51,608 nucleotides of DNA, from the NCBI GenBank assembly GCA_030427935.1, contig JAUICI010000010.1, positions 1 to 51,608 on the forward strand, written 5' to 3'. The translations under genes and the position numbers were made by a program. This stretch comes from Bacteroidia bacterium (GTDB taxonomy: Bacteria; Bacteroidota; Bacteroidia; Flavobacteriales_D; Crocinitomicaceae). Positions 43,641 through 51,608 of the stretch are shown here, piece by piece. Within the stretch, counting starts at the first letter, position 1, and every line of letters begins with the position of its first letter. The notes below the pieces were generated by a model. It was given only the letters and a program-made list of their open reading frames with translations. It did not search any database and had not been told where the DNA came from.

Positions 43641-45284
43641 ATGAACAACCAAAAATCAGAGCCATTCAAGATTGGCTTGTGTATGGCGGGAGCTGTTTCC
43701 GCCGGAGCTTATACGGCTGGAGTGATGGATTACCTTATCGAAGCACTTGACGAATGGGAAAAACAGAAAAAAGAAAATCCAGAAACTACCCCACTTCATG
43801 ATGTTGTGATTCCCGTAATGGGAGGAGCTTCAGCTGGGGGAATGACGAGCATCATCGCTTCTAATGCCTTGCAGCAAGAAATCGATCCTGTGAGAAGCAT
43901 GGCAGATATTGAAAATGGGCGCAAACGCAATAAACTCTTTAATGCTTGGGTCAATTTGAGTCGGGAAGACATGTTTCCTGAATTGTTGAAAACGGATGAT
44001 TTAGAGGACGGAAAAGTGGAGTCCCTTTTCAATGCAAAGTTCATCGATGAGATTGCTCAAAACACCTTAAAGTCAAATGAGGATTTAGAGTATGTAAAAC
44101 GAAACTATATTGCGGAAAATCTGAAGGTTTTTACCACGCTGACCAACCTCAACGGCATCAAGTTCAAACAGGAATTCATGGCAGATTCTGACAATTCGAG
44201 TTACCACATTTCCAAACATTCGGATTTTGCCTGTTTTGAGATTAACGCGAATCAGTACAAGGGTAAGGGTTGGATACCACTTGATTTCAGGGATGAGAAA
44301 CAGCGGAAACTAGCAATCGATTCTGCCATGGCTACTGGTGCGTTTCCGATTGGACTTCAAGCTCGTAAAGTAGTACGACCAAGTCAATATGTGGCTGATT
44401 CCATTTTTCACGATGATGTAGAAATGGATGTAAGCAGGCCAGATTTCGAGACTTTAAATATTGACGGAGGTACCATCAATAATGAGCCTTATGAAAAAGT
44501 GCAAAAAGTCTTGGCCAATGGTGGTGAATTAGAAAAATCATACAGTAAAGCCACTTCCACCGTTTTAATGATCGATCCTTTTCCGAGTGAAGAACCTCCG
44601 GTTGATCGCATGGATGATCAAGTTGGAAGTGTGATTTCGGCAACGCTTTCTGCCATGGTGAATCATCTTAGATTTGAACCGAAAAGTATCAGCGATAGTA
44701 AAGATCCGGATGATGCCAGTGTCTATTTAATTGCACCGGTTCGCTATGAAAAGGACAAAAGTATTGAAGGAAAAAAGGCTATTGCTTGCGGATTTTTCAA
44801 TGGTTTTGGTGGCTTTATCCATAAAGATTTCAGACTGCATGACTATTTTCTTGGTCGCGCCAATTGTGAGAAATTTCTTAGACAGTATTTCACGATTCCG
44901 GTTGAAGATCAGAACCCAATCATCCAAAAGGGTTATGCCCACTTAAAAGACGACTCCGATTTTGTGGTTACCAATAACTCAACTAAAAAGGGACGAAAAG
45001 AATATCCAATTATCCCACTTTTTAAAGAAGAAGGTGATTTGTATTTACCTCCTTTCAAAAATGGAAGCTGGCCAAGTATCTATTCGAAAGAAGTCGATCG
45101 TTTTAAGCCTAAATTGAAAAAGCGTTTTGCAAAAATCATTCTGAATATTGGCAAATTCAAACCTCAGACCAAAGCAGCACTTTGGATTGGAACCCATTTA
45201 ATACTGAAAAACATGGCTGCGAAAAAATTCCTGGATTTGATTAAGAAGGATATGGAAGATTGGAAATTGCTGGAAAAAAAGTAG
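43641..45284 (+). CDS. Patatin-like phospholipase (PNPLA) with about 200-aa C-terminal extension
   Basis: Gly-rich N-terminal loop GLCMAGAVSAGAYTAG, nucleophile elbow GGASAGG (GxSxG), catalytic Asp in NIDGGTINNEP (DGG). Confidence 0.85.
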   Translation: MNNQKSEPFKIGLCMAGAVSAGAYTAGVMDYLIEALDEWEKQKKENPETTPLHDVVIPVMGGASAGGMTSIIASNALQQEIDPVRSMADIENGRKRNKLFNAWVNLSREDMFPELLKTDDLEDGKVESLFNAKFIDEIAQNTLKSNEDLEYVKRNYIAENLKVFTTLTNLNGIKFKQEFMADSDNSSYHISKHSDFACFEINANQYKGKGWIPLDFRDEKQRKLAIDSAMATGAFPIGLQARKVVRPSQYVADSIFHDDVEMDVSRPDFETLNIDGGTINNEPYEKVQKVLANGGELEKSYSKATSTVLMIDPFPSEEPPVDRMDDQVGSVISATLSAMVNHLRFEPKSISDSKDPDDASVYLIAPVRYEKDKSIEGKKAIACGFFNGFGGFIHKDFRLHDYFLGRANCEKFLRQYFTIPVEDQNPIIQKGYAHLKDDSDFVVTNNSTKKGRKEYPIIPLFKEEGDLYLPPFKNGSWPSIYSKEVDRFKPKLKKRFAKIILNIGKFKPQTKAALWIGTHLILKNMAAKKFLDLIKKDMEDWKLLEKK

Positions 45285-45293
45285 TTTCATACT

Positions 45294-48176
45294 ATGAAAA
45301 TTCGCATTCTTTTTATTGCCTTGTTTTTTCCTTTTACTTGGGGGTTATCACAAAATGTGGACTCTTTAGTACATCTACTTTCAAAAAATCATCTTCACGA
45401 TTCCACGAAATACAAAGTTAGCCTTGACCTAGTAAGAGAGTTGATTTATGTAAAACCTGATCAAGCTTTAATCTTTGCCCAAAAAATGGAGCTATACTCT
45501 AAAACACTAGGAGATTATGTGAAAGAAGCCAAGGCCAATAGTCTCATGGGTTATGCATTAGAAATTTTAAATGATTATGATAAAGCCGAAGAGAAATACT
45601 TTCGGATGCTTGAAATTGGAAGAGCCAATCAGGATCCTGGAGAAATTGGAAATGCATACAACAACCTCGGAATAATTGAAAAAACAAGAGGAAACTATAA
45701 AAAAGCCATCGAATATCAACTAAAAGGAGCGGAGACATTTAAAAAAGCAGGAAATAAAAAGCGGGAAGCCTATTGTTATGGGAATATTGGAGTTGTATTT
45801 CAGCGTTTAGGTGATCATGAAAAAGCCTTAAAGAATTTCGAAATATGTTTAGCTATAGATGAGAAAGAAGGAAATACAAGAGGAATCGGTATTTCCTTGA
45901 ATAATATGGCCAATGTCTATCACTTTATGGGCAATTATGAAAAAGCCTTAAAACTTTGGTATAAAACTCTGGAAATTGATCAATCATTAGGAAATAAAGT
46001 CGGTGAATCCTCTACAAAGAGGAATATTGGACTAGCCTATCACGACCTAGGTGATCGTGAAAAAGCCATGGAATTCTATGTGAAAAGTTTAGCTCAAAAA
46101 AGAGAATTGAATCAACCTAGAAGCGTGGCAAAATCACTCAATAATATTGGAATTTTACTTCGTGAATCAGGAGATCATGAAAAAGCACTTGCTTATCAAT
46201 TGGAGGCGCTTGAACTTAGGAGACAAGTCAATGCTAAAAGAGGTATGGCGGAATCCAATGTGAATATTGCTGCTATTTATTTGGATTTAAAAAATACTGA
46301 AAAAGCTTGGCCTTATTTAATTAAAGGGCTGGAATTGAGGATGGAAATGGGTAATACGGATGGGATAGCCAATTCTTACATCGGAATATCTGAATACTAC
46401 AGACAAAAAGAAGAACCAGATTCGGTGATTAAATATTTAACACAGGCTTTTAAATTATCAAGCGCAAATAAATTGGCCGTTGAAAAAAGAAAAAGTCTAC
46501 AAGAATTGTATCTCGAGCTTTACAACCAAAATAAAGAAAAGGAAGCCGAAAAGTATCTTGACCTATTAATGCAGGCCAGAATGGATGATATACAAACAAA
46601 TCTATTGGTGTTAGCCGAACAAAAAAAAGAGCTGTATTTAGCTAAAATGCAATTGGATTTTGATTTGTATTATGATCATGTTTTAAGACAGTCAAAGGAG
46701 CAAACTAAAAATATAGGCAAAGCTTATAATCTCGCTTTATTGATTAAAGGTTTATTATTGAAATCATCTACCGCAATGAGGCGTTCGATTCATAAATCAG
46801 AAGATGAAACCTTAATCAAACAATATGAAGACTGGCTTTACCTGAAACGAAAGATCGCTGATTTATACTCTGTAGGTCAGGATGCAAAAGCAATTGAACA
46901 AAAAGCAGATTCCTTGGAAAAGGTCTTAATTCGGAAAAGTAAGGTGGTATCAGATTATTCGAAGTTAAAATCGTTTGACTGGAAATTTGTCCGAAATGGG
47001 TTGAAAAAAGGAGAATTTGCTGTTGAATTTATACGGTTTAAAAATATCGAAAACAAAGAATATACATATGCTGCTTTTGTTCTTTCAAAAGATCTCCCAT
47101 CGCCTTTAATGATTGAAATTTGTTTAGAAAAAGATCTGGAAAAAATATTGGGAACCTATCCTGGAAATAACCTGAATTACATTGAAAATCTTTACGGAAA
47201 CAAAGGAGACTATAAAACTGAATTGTACAATCTAATCTGGAAACCAATTGAAAAATCAATTAAAAATGCAAAAACTGTTTATGTTTCTCCTGCAGGATTG
47301 CTTCATAAAGTGGCTTTTCATTCCTTATCAAAGAATTCTAAAGTCTTGTTGTCACATAATCTAAAATTTCAAATTAAATCTAGTACAGCTGAAATTGATT
47401 TTGTTGAAGACTCGGAATTAAAAATAAAGAATGCTGTTTTGTTTGGTGGAATCGAATACTCGCAAAATGAAAATGCCCCCTCTTTATGGAAATATTTGGA
47501 AGGAACCTTGTCTGAAGTCAAACAAATCGATCAGAAATTAAAAGCTTATCAAATCGATTCGAAATTGGTATTAGCAGGAGAAGCCACGGAAAAACAATTT
47601 AAAGAAATGATTGCCGGCAAACAGCTTATTCACATCGCCACACATGGCTTTTTCTATCCAGATCCTGAAGAACTAAAAAACTATGAGGAAGAACAAATCA
47701 GTCTTGTTGATTCGATAATTTTTAGAAGCGGTAAAGAAGATCGATCCGCCTATTATTCAATTACAAAAAATGGAAACCCTTTGATGCGCTCCGGTTTGGT
47801 ATTTGCGAATGCGGATCAGGCATATTCCGAGGAGAAAAACTCTGAAAATGATGGTTTATTAACGGCCCAAGAACTACTCTCTATTGACCTAAATGATACG
47901 AAGCTCATAGTTTTATCTGCCTGCGAAACTGGTTTGGGGGACATTCGAGGTAGTGAAGGCGTTTATGGTTTGCAAAGGAGTTTTAAAATGGCTGGAGTTA
48001 AAAGGCTCATCTTTAGTTTATGGCAGGTACCTGATAAAGAAACAGCAGAATTCATGAATCTGTTTTACCAAAATTTAATGGAATTAAAGTCAATTGAAAA
48101 AGCATTTACTAAAGCTCAATCCTTCATGTCGAAAAAATATGATCCTTATTTCTGGGCGGCTTTCGTTCTAATATAA
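45294..48176 (+). CDS. TPR-repeat + CHAT-domain (caspase-like, clan CD) protease
   Basis: N-terminal signal-like segment, about 9 TPR-like repeats (AYNNLGIIEKTRGNYKKAIEY... repeated EKAL pattern), C-terminal CHAT domain with His (LIHIATHGFF) and Cys (IVLSACETGLGD) dyad. Start is 9 nt after the patatin stop. Confidence 0.85.
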   Translation: MKIRILFIALFFPFTWGLSQNVDSLVHLLSKNHLHDSTKYKVSLDLVRELIYVKPDQALIFAQKMELYSKTLGDYVKEAKANSLMGYALEILNDYDKAEEKYFRMLEIGRANQDPGEIGNAYNNLGIIEKTRGNYKKAIEYQLKGAETFKKAGNKKREAYCYGNIGVVFQRLGDHEKALKNFEICLAIDEKEGNTRGIGISLNNMANVYHFMGNYEKALKLWYKTLEIDQSLGNKVGESSTKRNIGLAYHDLGDREKAMEFYVKSLAQKRELNQPRSVAKSLNNIGILLRESGDHEKALAYQLEALELRRQVNAKRGMAESNVNIAAIYLDLKNTEKAWPYLIKGLELRMEMGNTDGIANSYIGISEYYRQKEEPDSVIKYLTQAFKLSSANKLAVEKRKSLQELYLELYNQNKEKEAEKYLDLLMQARMDDIQTNLLVLAEQKKELYLAKMQLDFDLYYDHVLRQSKEQTKNIGKAYNLALLIKGLLLKSSTAMRRSIHKSEDETLIKQYEDWLYLKRKIADLYSVGQDAKAIEQKADSLEKVLIRKSKVVSDYSKLKSFDWKFVRNGLKKGEFAVEFIRFKNIENKEYTYAAFVLSKDLPSPLMIEICLEKDLEKILGTYPGNNLNYIENLYGNKGDYKTELYNLIWKPIEKSIKNAKTVYVSPAGLLHKVAFHSLSKNSKVLLSHNLKFQIKSSTAEIDFVEDSELKIKNAVLFGGIEYSQNENAPSLWKYLEGTLSEVKQIDQKLKAYQIDSKLVLAGEATEKQFKEMIAGKQLIHIATHGFFYPDPEELKNYEEEQISLVDSIIFRSGKEDRSAYYSITKNGNPLMRSGLVFANADQAYSEEKNSENDGLLTAQELLSIDLNDTKLIVLSACETGLGDIRGSEGVYGLQRSFKMAGVKRLIFSLWQVPDKETAEFMNLFYQNLMELKSIEKAFTKAQSFMSKKYDPYFWAAFVLI

Positions 48177-48188
48177 TTTTGCACTCGT

Positions 48189-48800
48189 CTATTTTACAAA
48201 GCGATTCTGCTTCTTATCCCACAAATAAGTCTGCTCTGCGTTCAGTTTAAGGAGCTTCTCGTATTCGTCAGGATCTAGGTGTCCGTCTTCGACCACATAA
48301 TCGCAGATCAGCATCTTTACTTTTAAGCTTGTTCCATAGCGTGGGATATCAATTTTAAAATCCACATAGCCTCCTATGTTTTCAAGTTTTTGACCTAAAC
48401 CTTCATGCTGAATAAAGTCACTTGCTCGGAATATTGGGAGACCTTTTTCAGCCTTTTGCCATTTTCCCTTTATGATCTGATAAAAAAAAGTTTTAGGTTC
48501 TTCGCAACAACAGTGCTCGCATGCTTGATTTCGAATCAAAACAAATTTTTCTCCTTTTGAACCTTTGAAAAGAGCGGCTTGAAAAAAGAAGCCTTCCTCT
48601 TTATTTCTTTGGAATCCGATAAAACCATTTTTAATGTCGAGCATTTTGATTCCTGTATTCGCCATTGAATTTTTGGAAGTATCTCGCCAATCGCAAATCT
48701 GCATAACGGAATCTGGGATTTGTTGGAATAATTCCGATATTGATTGTGCTGACAGAAATACTGGAAGCGCAAGTAGAAAGAACAATGCGTATCTGATCAT
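48189..48800 (-). CDS. Hypothetical secreted Cys-rich protein
   Basis: 203 aa, signal peptide, CEHCCCEE cluster. 4-nt overlap with the upstream gene. Confidence 0.35.
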   Translation of the reverse strand: MIRYALFFLLALPVFLSAQSISELFQQIPDSVMQICDWRDTSKNSMANTGIKMLDIKNGFIGFQRNKEEGFFFQAALFKGSKGEKFVLIRNQACEHCCCEEPKTFFYQIIKGKWQKAEKGLPIFRASDFIQHEGLGQKLENIGGYVDFKIDIPRYGTSLKVKMLICDYVVEDGHLDPDEYEKLLKLNAEQTYLWDKKQNRFVK

Positions 48801-49831
48801 TTAAAAATTTTAATTCCCAATTTCAATTCCAAATGCAGGGCCAAAATATCTCCCATATTGGTAAAAGTTTTAAAGGCCTCTATTTGATGATATTTGGCCA
48901 GTTCTTCTCCTAATTGTTTGATATTTTCTTTCGTTGAAATTTTATCCGTTTTCATGGTTTTCAAAAGACTCCGAGTTCTTCTTCGGGCTGAAACATATCT
49001 TTTTCGCATGGCTACGCGCTCTTCTTTCATGTATTGCTGGGCAATTTCAGGAGAAAGTAATTCTGTCGCGAGATCGACCAAGCTTTTATTGTCTTTAAAA
49101 AACTGTGGTAAATACACCGTCCGCTTTCCTTCATAAGATTGTTGGTCAAAATCAATTGCTCGCAGACGGTATTGCACATTGTCAAAATCTTGAGTGATTT
49201 CAACTACAAAATTGTAGGCCCTCATATCGCCCAACAAGCGACAATAACAGCGTTCATTGAATTTGACAAACTCCTTCGCAAAACGCAGTCGATTGTCTAT
49301 AATCACATTTTCATTTCTTAGTATAAATTCATCACAGGGAATTCCGACAATATGCTCCTCTACCAATGTATCCCTATTTGCTAAGAAAGAAATTTTATCA
49401 GGAGAAAACACCTCTTCCAGCTCCAACCCGTAAATTCTGGAAGCATCTGTTCGCTTGATATAAAAGTAATCGTGATTGTCGTTCACCTCATTCCTTACTT
49501 TGATCCGGAAAGGTTTGGAATTCCCAAAAGAGCAAAACTCGATGGACTCCACTACGAGATAGGGAATCTTGGATCCGTCTGCGACTAAGAGTTCATAGAT
49601 TTTGGTTAACTCTTCTCTAAGCATGTCTAAATCTGTAGGTCTGTATATCGCAGAATACCAAAGGGTAGGCGAACCGTCTTCATTATAGACCGGTGCAAGA
49701 TCCTGATAATTAATTAAATCTGAATAATTGATGGGAAGATCCACCCATCGCGAATAGTTCTCAAGGTGACTTCGCAATCCAGATTTTACTTTGTAAAAAG
49801 GCTTTTTATATTCTATGTGATTGTATTCCAT
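48797..49831 (-). CDS. Hypothetical cytoplasmic protein
   Basis: 344 aa, no recognisable motifs. Translationally coupled to the 48189-48800 gene. Confidence 0.35.
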   Translation of the reverse strand: MEYNHIEYKKPFYKVKSGLRSHLENYSRWVDLPINYSDLINYQDLAPVYNEDGSPTLWYSAIYRPTDLDMLREELTKIYELLVADGSKIPYLVVESIEFCSFGNSKPFRIKVRNEVNDNHDYFYIKRTDASRIYGLELEEVFSPDKISFLANRDTLVEEHIVGIPCDEFILRNENVIIDNRLRFAKEFVKFNERCYCRLLGDMRAYNFVVEITQDFDNVQYRLRAIDFDQQSYEGKRTVYLPQFFKDNKSLVDLATELLSPEIAQQYMKEERVAMRKRYVSARRRTRSLLKTMKTDKISTKENIKQLGEELAKYHQIEAFKTFTNMGDILALHLELKLGIKIFK

Positions 49832-49919
49832 TCAGAAAAAGTTCTTCCTAAAGATAAAGATTTATCCGAGCATCATTTATTTGAACTCGGTTTGGCATGA
49901 AATATGAATTTAGACAAGC

Positions 49920-50345
49920 ATGCGTATACTTGGTATTTTTATTTTATTTCTGAGTTTCTCTCTATTTGGTCAAAAAATAGATGCGGTAAAAACCTATCAA
50001 ACAGGCGATACTTCAGTGGTCTATTTCAGTTGGGAAAACAACCGAAGAATCATTCAATTGTTTGATCAGGAGGGTAACAAAACTTATCAATTAGAAGGTA
50101 TTCGGATGAGTTATACGGTTACAAACAAATTGGAATTCCGAAAAAATGGCGGAGTTAAACGAGTTGTGCAATCCAGTAATCCCGGTGCAAGCATGTATAC
50201 CTACAAAACTTATATCGAATTTGACACAACAAATATTCCACTTAAAAAATGGACGAAAAAATTTCCTGAAGAATTAGCTGATCTTGAGAATCAGACCGTT
50301 TGGTTATGGAGCACTAAACTTCAAAAATGGGTCAAACAGAAATAA
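49920..50345 (+). CDS. Hypothetical secreted protein
   Basis: 141 aa with signal peptide. Confidence 0.35.
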   Translation: MRILGIFILFLSFSLFGQKIDAVKTYQTGDTSVVYFSWENNRRIIQLFDQEGNKTYQLEGIRMSYTVTNKLEFRKNGGVKRVVQSSNPGASMYTYKTYIEFDTTNIPLKKWTKKFPEELADLENQTVWLWSTKLQKWVKQK

Positions 50346-50356
50346 AAACTAATCCA

Positions 50357-50818
50357 TTAGTTGTAAATGTAGATGTAGGCATTGAGGCTAGTAGCTATCG
50401 TCAACCAAATGACATAAGGAAAAATAAGCGCTACTTTCCACTTGGTTTCTTTATAGTAGTTCCTTGTAAAATAAAGCATCAAAGCCCAAAGCAGTGTAAT
50501 TACGATTAAACCAAACAAGACCATCTGTGCAGAGAAAAAGATGGGATTCCAAGACACGTTCAGCACCCAATGTACACTATAAAGCAAGATTAACTTCTTT
50601 TTGTTTTGGACTAAATGCCAAGCCGTTCCCATAAATAGACCGAAACAAACCATGATAAAAGTCCATGCCGCTCCAAAAACCCAGCCTGGTGGAGTCCAAG
50701 GCGCTTTGTTTAGTTCTTGGTACCAATCAGACGGCACGCCATCACCAGTGAAAAAACCACCGATGGCTAAAGCCACAAAATTTGCGATGTTGAATATGAG
50801 GATGCTCCAGGTTTTCAT
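50357..50818 (-). CDS. tspO: TspO/MBR-family tryptophan-rich sensory membrane protein
   Basis: Five TM helices, Trp-rich (WYQELNKAPWTPPGWVFGAAWTFIM). Confidence 0.7.
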   Translation of the reverse strand: MKTWSILIFNIANFVALAIGGFFTGDGVPSDWYQELNKAPWTPPGWVFGAAWTFIMVCFGLFMGTAWHLVQNKKKLILLYSVHWVLNVSWNPIFFSAQMVLFGLIVITLLWALMLYFTRNYYKETKWKVALIFPYVIWLTIATSLNAYIYIYN

Positions 50819-50862
50819 ACTTTTATTGAATAACTAATATTTTGCATGAAAGTTCGATTATT

Positions 50863-51608
50863 TTATTTCAACATCTGATGAATCGAATAGCTTTCCGCTG
50901 CTACTATGGCAATGTCATAATCCTTGGTAGCTGGAACTTTTTCGACCTTCTTTACGCCATTGGTATAAGTTGTTCTGGTTACCATTCCTCCCCAATCGGT
51001 GCTACCGATGCCGATTTTCTTATTCGCGTCGAATTTATAGGTTTCGATGGTTTCTTTTTTGCTGAATCCGCCAATTACCTGATCAAAACAATCAACTGCG
51101 GAAGTTCCGGTAAAAAACTTTTTGAGAAATTTAATGACCCCATTTCCTAGATTATTGGCATAATAAGCTTTGGCTCCCGTTTTAAAGAAAGGTTTGGAAT
51201 AATTGGAAACTCTTTTGATCGCCTCTTTCAAACCAATATCTCCATCATCTCCAGCCGAAGAGCCTGCGCCATAGCAAACCGATTTGAATATCACTAGCGC
51301 ATTTTCGTCCAATTCCAATTTCTCTACAATTTCAGAGGAGGAAATCATACTCGTAATACAAAAACCACCTACTTCACCATTTTCCCCTCGGCGAGTTCCA
51401 TGCCCATTATAAAGAAAGAAATGCGCTCCTTTTGAGGCTTCAACAATCTTATCCCAATCGGCTTCTTTGTCATAAAACTTGTGGACACTTACCCCTTTAG
51501 ATTCAAAGAAAGCTGCGACTTTATCGACATCTTTAATAAAACTAGGGGTTGAATCTTCTGCATGCCCAACTACTAAAATAGCTTTTAAGTTTTTGAATTT
51601 GTTTGTAT
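50863..51608 (-). CDS. Caspase-domain (peptidase C14-like) protein, 5'-partial (continues beyond window end)
   Basis: The reading frame is open from the window edge into the 161-aa ORF. It contains ...AHFFLYNGHGT... (caspase His box) and ...VIFKSVCYGAGSS... (Cys box). Confidence 0.5.
   Translation of the reverse strand, partial: TNKFKNLKAILVVGHAEDSTPSFIKDVDKVAAFFESKGVSVHKFYDKEADWDKIVEASKGAHFFLYNGHGTRRGENGEVGGFCITSMISSSEIVEKLELDENALVIFKSVCYGAGSSAGDDGDIGLKEAIKRVSNYSKPFFKTGAKAYYANNLGNGVIKFLKKFFTGTSAVDCFDQVIGGFSKKETIETYKFDANKKIGIGSTDWGGMVTRTTYTNGVKKVEKVPATKDYDIAIVAAESYSIHQMLK

Noticed and set aside
43529-43750. ORF 43529-43750 (+) overlapping the patatin start
   Set aside because: Out of frame with the patatin gene, whose N-terminus begins with the conserved Gly-rich loop at the 43641 Met.
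1-51608. Looked for mobile-element hallmarks (transposase, integrase/recombinase, terminal inverted repeats, target-site duplications) around the accessory-looking 31-48 kb region
   Set aside because: No recombinase-like ORF in the window. Only tRNA fragments and small palindromic repeats. An integrative origin cannot be shown from this window alone.

Overview
This ~51.6 kb window is AT-rich and looks like a Bacteroidota chromosome: it carries T9SS C-terminal sorting domains, a T9SS-sorted subtilase, a HisKA_2/LytTR two-component pair and a MurF-Alr fusion. The first ~31 kb is mostly housekeeping and envelope genes. The stretch from 31 to 51 kb looks accessory. It contains, in order: a WYL-type regulator fused to a PhyH-like 2OG-Fe(II) dioxygenase; a tRNA array (Tyr, Phe, Ser, Lys) followed by degenerate tRNA-like fragments; an SPFH protein; rtcB-prfH plus a small TPR protein; a second tRNA array (Pro, Asp, Arg, two Leu-anticodon tRNAs that appear to lack the long variable arm, His, Gln) with structured palindromic spacers; a second rtcB; a patatin-like phospholipase followed 9 bp later by a TPR-CHAT protease; TspO; and a partial caspase-domain gene at the window edge. 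Recurrent cis elements are an ACGCA-N7/8-TGCG dyad at four sites (WYL gene upstream, both tRNA-array upstreams, rtcB leader), CCCnATAGCTATnGGG-type hairpins, and two GC-rich structured noncoding patches (14.75-15.01 kb and 31.65-31.86 kb) that share short motifs. No CRISPR array, transposase or integrase was found. All tRNA calls are manual cloverleaf folds and need tRNAscan-SE confirmation.
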